Below, piece after piece: positions 37,358 through 49,445 of a stretch of 64,000 nucleotides of DNA. Source of the DNA: Toensbergia leucococca (Eukaryota); the NCBI GenBank assembly GCA_022813965.1, contig JALDZS010000076.1, positions 1 through 64,000 of the forward strand. Direction: 5' to 3'. A program made the translations under genes and the position numbers. Position 1 is the stretch's first letter; each line of letters starts with the position of its first letter. The notes under the pieces are model-generated. The model did no database searches, had not been told where the DNA came from, and saw only the letters and a program-made list of their open reading frames with translations.

Positions 37358-38844
37358 TCAATATTCATCCCCGTACTTGGTCAATATTCCCATTTTCACA
37401 TAGAGTGTATTCTCCCAACGACTCTGAATTTCCTCTGCCGTCATTTCCAGTTCATCAACCCAGGTTGAAATCCAACTTGATCTCAGTTTCATCATGTAAT
37501 CCTCCACGCACTGTTTGCTTTCCAGACTATTTGTTGCAACGTCCCGACTTGCAGTTACGCCCAACACGTCGAGATGCTGGAGGCCTCCAAATAGCAACTC
37601 ATCACACAGCAACGTTGCAGCCCATCGTACCGCGAATCTAAATCATGGACCGCTAAAGATTAGCTAGGAAGATTTCTTGTCCTCGTTCTCTGTATCAACC
37701 TATTTGGTACTTACTCGGCTGCTCGCTCCTTGACATTATGGAGACCCACGAATGTCTTCCTGCACCACGCGATGAAGTATGTCACCACATCCTGGAGTTC
37801 GTTGAATGCGCTCGATTTGAAGCACCTGGATATGATTGCGTTCATGAGACGCTGAAAGTACATCTGAACATCTGGCGATGCTTGCTCTACGATCTTGCAC
37901 ATTTCCTCCTTGTTAAGCTTTCGGATTGCCCATTTGGAATTTGGTCGTACTTCGGAATCCTTGTCATCCTCGGCTATCCGCCCCATTCTGAGTCTCCACA
38001 TGAGAAGTAAGGCACATCGTAAAGTGTACATGTCTTCAGGATCGGATTTTGGTGGTCTGGTGGCTGGCCTCGTGCTCTTTGCATGTTTCGACACCCTAGG
38101 CCGTGTTCTCTTGATAGCACTTTCTCCGTGGAAAATTTTCCTAATGAAATGGCGGAGCGTAAAGGTTGGGCTTGGACACCAAACTTTTCCTGAGAACTCT
38201 GGGACTCCGACCCGTTGGAGTATGGTGACATCCTCATCTAGGAGAGTCCTCAAGCCTTTCAAAAAAGACATATAGATCCAAATCCCCTTCCCGAGGTTGA
38301 GCGGATGTATGTCGACTGATATATATCAGCCGAGCCCGACTCTGATGAATTCAAAGCCTCAGTTCTTATTTGACTGACCTTGCATTTCACCACCTTTTCT
38401 TATTCTATAGGCTCTGACTACCTCCTCTAACCATGCACTTTCTGGTTTCTTTTTCCGGGCAGCCATGTTTAGAAATGGGGTCTTGTCCAAAGCGCGGTAG
38501 ATATCCACAAATGATACTCTAGAAGCGACGACCCTACTCGGGCCATTGAGAGAGACTGCTCGAGTTTCAAGGCCTATCAAACTATTCAATTCTGGCCACT
38601 GCTCGTCGATTGCACCTTTGAGAAGCGACATGTCGTTGTTGGCCGAGATTTGCGTCATGGTACGACTGCACAGCCCAAGATGTCTCATAGTGTCCATATC
38701 GGTGTATCGCATGATTCTGAGCTTCAACTCCACCGGAAGTTCTTCGAATCTGGGGAAGCCCATGGCAATGTTCATCTTTCTCTTCTTTCTATTGGCATCT
38801 TCCGCGTCTAATCCCTTCTTTGTTCTCGTGTATGAACGCTTCAT
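37358..38844 (-). CDS. Orphan F-box-domain protein, 3 exons
   Basis: NLS-like RKKRK, then F-box-like FEELPVELKLRIMRYTDMDTMRHLGLCSRTM; intron gtcagt..gctgat..cag (~38378-38317) restores the frame; second intron gtaagt at ~37714. Confidence 0.65.
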
Positions 38845-41309
38845 GTTGCCGGATTGATTGAGTTTTTGGTATGGTATCGCGTTCTTTAGTCGGAACGATT
38901 TGAGTGTCTTTGGAACGACAGACGACTGCTGGTGTCTCTATATACCGTTAGATTGATATGACTGGGATGGATTGTCAAAGGAAGTAGGCTATCAAAGAGA
39001 ATAGATCGGTTGCCGTTTGTTCGAGGGTGATCTTGCAGCGGATAGCCTTGAAGTGGATGTTCTGTTTCTTAATCTGCTCTGTGGACAGATACACCTGGTT
39101 ATCCCTCAAACTTCCTCCTAGATATCACCAAGACACGGGAAGAGGATGAATTTCTTGATACACGGCAAAGATCTGGGAGAAACAAACACTTCCTGAAGCG
39201 AAGTGGATGGAAATTAGGCCCATCAATTAAGTGAAATTGAACAAGGCACTTATACGAGGCTCTCCTGTTACGAAGACTTATGGACGTACCTTCGCGGGAG
39301 ATGCTGTTTTCAAAGTAGACTAGGTCAGATGCATCTTTCCCGTGGCTCTTGTGACGATCTCGTTGTACATTTCAAACCTCTGCCTGGGTAAGTCGAGAAG
39401 CCATGAAGTTGTACCATGAAGTTGTAGTCCTTTCGTTCCTGACACCCTGCAATTCAACACTAGCACTTAAACGTAAGTGCTAAAGTGGTGTGTTGACGAG
39501 GTGTGTCTTGGTCAACACGAGCCTATTTACAACACTCTGCGCCGGTGATCCGATACCGACTCTATGTGCAGAATGATACAAATCGCCAAGCGAGGTTCCA
39601 AAACTCCTGTTCCACGCTTCTTGACTCAAAAATATGTTTCTTCATGTTCAGATTTTAGGCGCCTAGTACAGAATGAGCCGAAGCACCTAGAGCGGTGGGC
39701 TGAACATGGTACCATTCTGCTACTCCGTCGGGCTCTAGAGTTGATTGCTGATGGATTCGTAGCAGGTATTACTCACCACATCCTGTCAATGCTCCAGGCT
39801 TTTTTCCCCCTCCAAAGTACCTTGCATCTTTGGCTTTTAGCCTCGCGAAATTTCGATCAGAATCCCTTCTTTCCATTTAGCGATTTCGCAGATCCAAACT
39901 CTTTGCTTGAGCCCGCTTCTGTTTGCTTGCGTCGGCTGGGTCTTGGTGGGCGAACGAACTTCTCTTGATCGCTGACTCTGTAGAGCGATTTCGAAGAAAA
40001 CGCCCTAGGATCTTATGTACCTGCAAACGTAATGGATGTCATTTCTCCCTCCTCCCTCCTACCTGCTATGGCGATAACGTATGATGATTGTTCAGCCTCT
40101 GACCATGTAGCTCTCATCAAAGCAGTGAAATATGCGAAAACCAATCTGAAGCCCCAATATAAAGATGGCCCCAACCCCCTATTACTCAGACGGAGGATAT
40201 ACAACTCACTCATGCCGTCCCAAGCACATGTACAACAGAGCGAAATCCCAAACATGCAAGCCGAAAAGAGAAACACCACCACCTGCCCCGGAAAAACGAT
40301 GGAGGTAGAAACGAGGGAATGTGAAATCAAGGGTGCTGACTTAATCAGCGATGAAAAGGGGGGTCCAGTAGAGCAAGCGTGACTAGAAACCAACCCTTGT
40401 AGAAACACGAAATCAAATCATCCAGCCACAAGCCAGTCGAAAAGATCGTTCAATGTGTCAAAATCCGGAATCGCAGAAAAATGTATCGTATCACAACGAA
40501 GGAAGCGATCTCCACGTTCAAACAAGCAGCTCTTCACCCCCCAATCCGAATACCACAGATCTCTCTCCTTTTTCCTAGATGATATTCTTTTCACCCCTGC
40601 CCCAAACCCCGCTTCCCCATCTCACTCCCCACACCAATGAACAGAAACAAATAAAAAGAATATTAATAATCTTCACAGACTTACCCCTTCATATTAGGTC
40701 CTTTTCAAACAAAAACCCCACGTTGAGCAAAAACATCTTAAACGCATCTCCTTTCATACTCAAGTCGCCTCTGTTCACATTCTCCTTCCAGCCTCATCAG
40801 AACAGGAACAAGGACAATTTCACCAACACCATTCTTCCCGGCCCAGATTTTTTGTTCTAGTTCAAGCCCCCTGGATTGTCAGGGCATGCAGAGAATGAAG
40901 ATCACAACCGTGAATTTGTGCTTGTATTTGAGATTCACAAAGAGAGAGGGTGAGTGAGCGGTCATTCTTTTGACATCCCTTGGAGAAAAGCGAGGTGGGT
41001 GGAGAGTATGGATGTTGTAGATCACCTTCCCCACTCCCTCCATCAATCAGACTATGATTAGAAATCCCCATTCGTCTTCTCCTTCGTAAAATTCTACCAA
41101 CTCCCGAGACTCTGTGTCCGGGGTAAAAATCAGACGGCCGACTATTCGGTTCCAAATCCCTACTCCAAGCGATCATCTGTGCGTGGTGCATTTTCAGTCC
41201 CTAGCCTTCCCTAATCAAATCGACAGAAAAAAAAAGCTCTCATCCTACTCCCGGAAGCCGCGTCCCATTTCCCTTTAAAATTGGACATGAAAAAAAAGCA
41301 CAAAAAGTT

Positions 41310-41413
41310 TGGCGGTGCCCGGAATCGAACCGGGATCGGCACGGAAACTTTGCTTCTCCGAAGACTCGGAGTTTGAACCACAACGTGACGTACTACCATT
41401 ATACCACACCACC
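41310..41413 (-). tRNA. tRNA-His(GTG) with intron
   Basis: Acceptor stem GGTGGTG/CACCGCC-A; D-arm TGGTATAATGGTAGTAC; anticodon loop TT-GTG-G; ~32-nt intron; T-loop GGTTCGATTCC; downstream T runs. Confidence 0.9.
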
Positions 41414-41742
41414 TGTTGATGGAATATTGAGAGTTATTTTGTAATTAAAAAATAAAAAAGTCTGAAGTTCTGTGAAGGCAAGGGTTTCTGAGACAGGGGC
41501 GAATGGATTTTAGTATTGAAGTAGGACTGCCTCTTTCACTCCGTTAATGAGTGCAGCGCTCTCTCACTCCCTTTTCTCTATGTGTTTGTCTCAACCTTAT
41601 TTTATCATCAATATTCTATCGCATCAACCTCAAAAAGTCTGAATCAATGACTTTTTAATCAATCAAGGAAGTTCAACAGATTCTGAATCAGTGCATAAAT
41701 CAGACTGAACCTGCTCTGTATCATTCAATCTTATTAATGTCA

Positions 41743-42337
41743 AGTGAGGTGTGATGTAGCATAGGGAATCATCGCGAAATTCCCACCACATCTGCACCCA
41801 AATCTTGGCCTCTTTTGCATGCTATTTACCTTCCCAACCGCGTGCCATTTAGTAGCAGAATCACCCAGGCAATCTTCGTGGCTTTGCACCCCATTTTGAT
41901 CACTTTTTCCACCCTATTCTGACTCCAGTTCGGACCCCATTACCTGCCTACCTCCTCACTTGCCTTATCTGTTGCATATCCTCACCTCCATCCGGCGTTG
42001 GGGGCGGGACTGGGGTGAGGGTGAGGGCGAGGGTGAGGGCTAGGCGGACGGAGTAGGGAGGCCGGTGAGGTGGAGGAGGATCATGCTACTCAGGTGGATG
42101 GTGGGCTGTTCACAGCGTTCAGGATGCAAACAGCTCGTAAGATTGCGATGTTTTTGCGCCCGGGGGTGAGGAGAATCAAGTCAAGACGTGATATCAAAGC
42201 ATGCTTTATCTCCTAGGTAATCTTGCTGCCAAATGGTACGCAATTGAGGAGGTAAATGGGCATGCAAAAGAGGTCGAGAATTGGGTACAAATGTTGTGAG
42301 AAATCGCGATAAATACCTATGTGCACGGAGCTTCACT
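41743..42337. mobile_element. MITE-like foldback element with ~130-bp imperfect TIRs
   Basis: 41743-41875 (catagg..atcgcga..cctcttttgcatgc..atttacc..gcgtgccattt) is the reverse complement, with substitutions, of ~42205-42337. No ORF; TSD not recognised. Confidence 0.75.
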
Positions 42338-44007
42338 ATTGCTTAACTGGATATGATAAGGGGGGTTGATGGGTTATTGAAATGTGGTGTCGGAATGTTA
42401 TGACCCAAAAAATATTGCAATCCTACAGAAACCGTCCATTGACACATTATCGTACAGTGTTCATATTAACTCTTCTCTTCTCAATTCTGGGATAGAAATG
42501 ATGTTCATTCATGCTAAGCTTATGATCCGAGTTTTGGAACGACTACTTTTCTTTTTAGGTTGAGAGATTTTTTCAAGATGAAGGGGATGGCGGATTTTTT
42601 TTTTTCCTGAAGAGAGGGAGAGAGGGAGTGACTTTGATGAGACTGTCAAGGTTAGAATACAGGTTTGAACTTGTGTAGTGATGAGATTGAGTGAGAAAAA
42701 GGTGTAAGAGGGTTCGAGGGACTTTGACATTGTATCTATTTGATCATGGGTTGTTTTGGTGATGGGGGGGAGTATTCACTACCATCTATAACACTGTCAG
42801 AATATCATTGCCCTGTTTTTTCTACCACTACCTGATCAAGCAATAATTAGGCCTAGCCGTCATCGAGGCCCACTATCAGATAGGGAAACATCTTAATTTT
42901 GCATTGAAAGTCAACTTGATTCTTCTCCTTCAGTGCGCACCATTGACGCGTACAATGAGTCAAAAATGTAGCGAGTGCAAAGTGGCGATGCTTTCCTCGG
43001 TGTATCTGTTTCAAGAGGGCTCATAAATCAGCAGATAGTTGATATGCCCGGGGAGGATGAAGAACTGTAGGAGCGATTTCACAGAGGGAAATATCGCGAC
43101 TTTGCAACTGTATCTAGACTTGGTTTTTCGAATCCCCTCACCCCGTCCCTGGGGCGTGCCCACTTCTCCCGGTCGCAATCATTGAGAAATATCATGACTC
43201 GTAGCTCGTTTTCACTTGATTCTGGTGAGATTGAACTGTTCCAAGGAGGAGAATTACTACTCGTACTATCCCCTCTAATTCGTAGGGGCAGAAGCGCTCA
43301 CCAATCAATCGACGCGGTTTGCCTGTCAACGATATTCCTCCCCACAATATTTTGCCCAGAATAATGACTCTAATAGAGTAGCAATTATGACTGACTCCGT
43401 AAGCATACAGATAGCCCAGCGGCCTTACCCTCAGAATCAAAAAGAGTTAAACAAATTTTCCCGAGACTACCAATCCCCTTAATTTCGTGGGGGAGGATCT
43501 ACATAACGCTAGCCAAATCAAGGACCGGGCGCTCGCTAAGAAATAGGGCCGAAAACTTGTAATTGTAAAAAATCATTCCCCGCGAAAATCGACCAGAATA
43601 GAAATCAAAAAGCTGAAACAATCCACCATCCACAATGCAATAATTTAGGGTAACGGCGGGGAAGGAATGCATCAATATTGCGCCCGGGAAGAGCGGGGAA
43701 ATGAATGAAAGAGCGATAGAATATAAAATTGTGATGGTTTCGTAGGTAATCTTGGCTTCTATTCTACATGGCACGCAACTCAGGAGGTAGGTGTCTTGCC
43801 AGAGAAATGAAGAATGAAGTCATAGAGCTATTGAATGTATGTGAATTAATGATATTTTAGAGTAGGAATGGTGGGTGGGTGGGGAGATCAAAGTCAAGGA
43901 GTGTATTCTATTTCGCTCTCTCTCTCTCTCTCTCTCTCTGTCTCGGGGGAAAAATTTTTTTGTCATCCACTTCACCCCAAGGAAATCCCTCAAAACTTCA
44001 AAAAACA

Positions 44008-44118
44008 TGGTCAATGAGGGGGTCGAACCCTCGGCCTTGGCGTTAACTTGCATATTGTCTTCCCAGGAAGGGAATCCGCTATTAGCACCACGCTCTAGAC
44101 CAACTGAGCTAATCGACC
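44008..44118 (-). tRNA. tRNA-Ile(AAT) with intron
   Basis: GGTCGATTAGCTCAGTTGGTCTAGAGCGTGGTGCT-AAT-A, ~36-nt intron, then ACGCCAAGGCCGAGGGTTCGACCCCCTCATTGACCA and a TTTTT terminator. Confidence 0.92.
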
Positions 44119-46865
44119 AATGTTGTGTATAAGAAATAAGTTATTACATTATATACATTTGTTCGACAAAGAGGGGAAGGCTGTTGGTACTCGTGATAAA
44201 CCCCCTTTTTGAGCAACCCCTACCGATACAGCACCTGAGCGCCCTTAAATTAGCGAATCTTTAGCGCGATTTCGATAGAGATCCGCTAGTTGAATTGGGC
44301 TTAGTGCCGTATAGGCCAAAAATTTTTTGCGCATAACGTATTCTACCATGCATTTGCGACGATAATGGCGATTTACCGCGCTGACCATTGGGCCATGGAT
44401 CCTGTTTTATATATCTTCAACCAAACACTAAATTGCTATCCAATGACCAATACAACTCAGACTTTGCTGAATAATCATAAGAAAATAAATTGTCTTTTCC
44501 TTAGTTGCTCATTCATGATTCCCTCCCACCTGCACTGATCCCTCGGACTTATCCGGAACAATGGTTTGTTCTGAATCTGAATGGACGTTGTCACGGCCAA
44601 ATTTGGCTTCAAAGTGCTTTATGATGATCTGAGGAAAGGATGCACTTATGAGCTTCCCAAAGAATTTCGCAGTGCTAATTGCTTTCATGTTGTTCTGCTA
44701 TAAGCTTGCGAGCTCAGCCTCAAGGGCAGTGATACGGATTTGATAATATCAGAGGTATCAACCCGTCGTCGGCACTCTAATTCAGGAGGTTCTGTGAAAT
44801 GGATCTGATTTCTGAAAATTGAGCAGGTTGCCGTATAATCTGTCATATAAGACTTGAGTCTTATAGCTCGTTCATGGTCTGTAGACCATTTGGAACCATG
44901 TCATATAAGTCGGTAGGATCTTATATACCGTTCCTCGGGCAAGGTCTAGAGACCGAAGACATTTGCTCGAGAAATTCACCATAATTGCTAGTGATTTCTC
45001 TGGCACATACCCCCCTTAACATCTCGTCTTTACACCTCGTCTTTCAAGGTACAGACCAAACTCACAGATCATCCTTTTCGTAACAAGGACACACGTCGTC
45101 GTCCGGGATCAAACCATGTCAATACCGCTAACAAAAATATCTCTGATTCCCGTTTCTGAAAGGGGAGGTGGAATACGTACCTGAGACTCACAATAAGTAG
45201 GAAGATACTGTCGTATAGACCAAAACACCTTCGGTCTGAAAAAGTCGATTTGAGTCATATCTTATAAGTCAGTAGAGTCTTATATACTCTAACAGATTAT
45301 GCAGTATATATTGCAGCGCCTTTGATCCTTATGCCCTGATCCGCCCCTGCGTTCTCTCCTTACTTGAAAACAGAAAGTGAGTGAAGCAGATCAACATACC
45401 ATCCTTCAGTCCCGCTTTCCTCTCTCATTTTATTCTCCTTCACTCGTCAATCATCTCAACAAACTCCGCGCACAGCTGCTTGTGCTTTCATCTACCACCC
45501 AGTAGCTAGCTATCCTCAGGGTCTTGTCAGGACACACAAACACCTCTGAGAAGATTTGCTCTGAGAAGACTCTGCTAAAGGTCGAATAGGTAGGGAGATA
45601 AGCTCATCTACAGAGGAGAATCCCGGCCAGTTTACCACTTAATGGCTATGTAAACCCTGCATCAATCCCACATTAGCATCTGAATCCTCCATCAAGAAAG
45701 ACCAAATCTCTATTTCAGCCCTCTCGAATACAAAGAGAAATTCCCCAACATGAATCTTAAGGTATGTGGCATGAAGTTTTTCGGGCGAACCAAGGGGTTT
45801 CGTCATATCCTGGGGATGAGATGCTTCTGTGGGATTCGTAGACTATTATTCAGGTCTTGTTCTTTGCGGGTTGTTTACGGATTACCAGATTATCATATCA
45901 ACAAACAAAGGCGGCCATAGAACAAGACACAGAGAAGCATCGAGAAAGTATCTAGGAAGGTTCAAGAACGGAGCCTGTTACAGACAACTTGAAGCGTTTA
46001 TTCATAGTAAGTCTTCTCACGATATGGAGCGGCGTTACAAAAATGCTCAGTCATCGGTGCATCGGGGGATGACTAATGTTTTAAAAAGGCTGAGAAATTT
46101 TATCTGTTGTTGTGTGGGCACAAAGCTCAGTAATGTGAATTGAATCTGCTAGCCCAGCGCTTGTCTCGTTGCCTCCCAATTCTTCAATTCAATTATACCT
46201 CCTCCTTCACCCCTACATTCTTCTCCTCTCCTTCTTCCTCCTTCCTGCTTTATCTTCACCTCACTTCAACCTCTCTTTCTACCGTTGTTCTCCCCCCCTT
46301 CCTCTCCATTTATTTCCCTCTTCTTCCGCGCCTTTCATCTCGTCTAACCAACCGAGCTATTCGACCGATTTCATAATATGACAAACAATTCTGTTGTTGT
46401 TTTTTCTATCATACTTTGGACATGAACTCGCATCCAATGACCACGGCAGGTTCGGACTTTGCTGAGATACCATGAGAAAATTTGCCTTCCCTACAGTTGC
46501 TATATTGCTCTGCTCGCTATCTTTGGGATGCTTTTGCGTTCTGTTTGGAAGAGAAGAGAGAACAGAAAGGAAGGGGAAAAGAAAGAGAGGATGGGAGATG
46601 AGGAGGGGAGAAAAAGAGATATTGAACACTGAAAAAGACAGAAGAAATTGAAGTGAGGTGAAGGAAGATAGAATAAAACAGATGTAAATTTATACGAGTG
46701 TAGTAGTAAAGAGGGAAGAGGGAAGACTAGCTTTTTTAGTCCACAAACAAAAGTTATATAGCGAAAGAAGGATAAGTTTTCATTGATGGCTGATGCAAAA
46801 GCACCAGCTAGCTCTATTTATATCTGCAAAAATCGCCAACACCTCCCTCTTCTTCATCATTTTCA

Positions 46866-47588
46866 TTACACGTCTTCGTCCATATTGGTGTCGTATATGT
46901 TTTCATCTGTGCTAGCAGGGGCGATGGCGGGTGTGGGGGTAGAGGTGGTGGAGGCGGCGCGGGTGACGTTAGGGAAGTTGCGAGGAACTTGTATAGCATC
47001 GGTGCGCTCTAACGGCTGCAAATTTCTGGAAAAAAAACACGTCATCCCACAGGTCCTCACTCTCATCGATGAGTATTCCATTCATATCCTCGTCGGTGTA
47101 GGCGGGGGCGGTGTAGGCGGAGTTGGTGCGGGCGAGGTGAGTAAGGTGGGCGCGAGCGAGGTGGATGGGGTCAGGGACAGCGGGGATGATAGGGCAGGCC
47201 GTTGTTGGGGCGGGCAGGGGTGGCGATTGGGGCCGGGGGGGGGACTGCCTGGTCCTATACTGATGTTTTTATATTTATTGTCATTGACAGCTAAGCAGCT
47301 TACTTACGGCCGCCGCCGGCGGCCGCCGCTTCTTCTCTTTTTTTTTTTTTTTTTTTTTTTGCACTTCGCGAACCGTGTCCGCGTTTCTGTATTTCACGCT
47401 TTTGTCAGCTATTTAGAAGAAGCTGACTTTAGAGTTAGACCTACTCTGCCGCGGACGCGGCCGCCACCGCGAGACGCTCCTCCACCACTCACATCGCCAG
47501 TGTTGTTATTTATGTACTGGTGTATGCCACCATAGAGAGTATTGATGGAGGGTGGGGCTGGAGGAGGGTGGTTGATCGGGTCTGGCAT
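46866..47588 (-). pseudogene. Small basic/proline-rich 3-exon orphan gene, copy C
   Basis: MPDPINHPPP..HQYINNNTGDV..RGGGRVRGR | KRGHGSRSAKKKKKKKREE | P-rich..DTNMDEDV*; introns 47444-47387 and ~47306-47255; a single in-frame TGA at 47084-47082. Confidence 0.6.
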
Positions 47589-47620
47589 CTATCATATTCA
47601 ACCAGGTTAGCAAAGTATCA

Positions 47621-47868
47621 ACACAGAGAAGACAAGTAAAGCGTCAATACAGAGACAATAAGCAACGCATCAGCACTAATAAGACAAGTAAAGTACCAAT
47701 ACAACGAAGACAATCAAAGCGCCGACACAGAGAACACAAGTAAAGCGCCAATACAGAGTCAACAAGCAACGCACCACTACCAGCACTAAGAACACAAGCA
47801 AAGCATCAACAAAGAGAACACAAGCAAAGCACCAACACAGAGAAGACAAGTAAAGCGTCAATACAGAG
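47621..47868. repeat. ~26-bp degenerate minisatellite (acagagaagacaagtaaagcgtcaat), about 9-10 units, inside a predicted intron
   Basis: Visible periodic units; only about 2 units at the homologous site 30525-30570. Confidence 0.75.
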
Positions 47869-49445
47869 ATGACATTGAGTAGGCTTCAATAGAGTGCGGC
47901 GGAGTATTGGGAGCATATTCTAGGACTTGAAAGAACCTGCCGTGGCACTCACATTGCAAATCTGGATTGGAAGGTGGTGCTGGTGGTGCTATAGCTGCCG
48001 CTGGTTTATGATCTTTATACCATTGCGATTTCTCACAAATAGAACAAAGCCATCGGTTTAGCGTAAGGTTCCAGGTCAGGTGCCGCCTTCTCTTATCAGC
48101 TTCCTGTGGTGTACGACGACAACTCTCACATCTGTCTAGTTTAGTCAATGCCTTATCCGACCTCACTTGTACTTTGCTCTGCTGCTCAGCTGTGCGAGTA
48201 TTGCCAGAACGCCGCTTGACCTGATAGCAATTCTTGCACATATAATCCACAAAAGGCTGGTCGCTATCCGAGTAATACCATTTTTTCCCGTCATCAGTTT
48301 TCTTACACTGAAAACAAACTCGATTCCTGCGTTTGGGAGCAGATATTCCCTGCAAGAGCTGGCATGCACTGTTCATACCTTTAAAGTGCACCTTGGGCAA
48401 ATCCGGAGGAACACACAATTGTGTCCATTGAAGTGACGCCAGAGTGGAGTAGGCGTGACCTGCTCGTTTTCTGCCAGCTCCTGAATATGTCTGTAAGAAG
48501 ACTGACATGATCTTCTCCAGAAGATAGACGTATGGCCGTGGAACCGAGTCCCTCGAAAACAAGGCAAGGGGACGGAGATTGATCTCAATGTCTGAACGAC
48601 ATACGTGGTCTATGTGTGTTCCACTGAGTGTCCCTTTATTTCCGGTTCTTTTTACCCTCACATAGTCGTTCATACGGTTTCTGAGACCTTTCTTACTGGT
48701 TGAGCCTCCAACATAAAGTTCGTACCCATCCAAGTTGGTAATACTCGGTCCAGTAAGGATGTCCAGGTATACTCCCCAGCCTTTGCAGTGTCTCCAGTCC
48801 TTAGGTATAGCAAGAAGATACTCTTTTGTGAAGACTTCCTTACCGAGTACAGACTTTACCTCAGGTGGGATGGCAGCAAGACACCTGCTCAAGAGTTTGA
48901 TAGCAGAGACTCTGTAAATGAAGTCGGCCCACTAAAAGGTGAGTGCCCATTCCAGATTACCAGGATCTCTCAGCTTCATGACATCTTTGATTATTCCAGC
49001 TACCAGACCCTTATAGGTGTCAATGATATGGGACATGCGACGCTCGAAACGGTCATATCGAGCTTGTGTCTCATCTGCACCAATGGTTTGCTGTGCACAT
49101 GCCCTCTTGTCATCCTCAGTCTCAGCCTCCAAGGCATCATTTTCGAGACCGTCTGCATCTCCATTACTGGAGGAATATGAACCGTATTCTTCTGAATCAT
49201 CCACGACCACGTGGTCATCATCAACAGTGAACTCTTCAGTTGCTTTACTAGCATTATCATCCTCATCCAGATTCGCTTGAGCAGTCCAGGTATCATCGGA
49301 TATGTGAGTTGGACTCTCAGCGAAGCTCTTCAACAACCCCACGGCGACCACGGCCTTTCTTGATTGGCCGGGGGTCACTCGCCTCCTCATCACTCTCTAT
49401 CACATATGCGCGCTTGTTGCCTCTGTCTCAAGGCTTCTCTGTACA
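47858..49445 (-). pseudogene. GIY-YIG nuclease with two GATA-like C4 zinc fingers; upstream part interrupted
   Basis: In ORF 48892-47858: WGVY-x17-YVG, LRNR, LLE and GMN, then C-x2-C-x22-C-x2-C and C-x2-C-x24-C-x2-C. ORF 49393-48932 is in the same frame, separated by one TAG; a probable frameshift lies near 49330-49370. Confidence 0.68.

Noticed and set aside
39564..41191. Several 60-134 aa ORFs
   Set aside because: No motifs, consistent exon structure or matches elsewhere in the window.
43915..43943. (CT)n microsatellite
   Set aside because: Ordinary simple repeat downstream of a tRNA gene.
46783..47535. 250-aa plus-strand ORF
   Set aside because: Antisense shadow of orphan copy C; it runs through poly-T and minus-strand introns.
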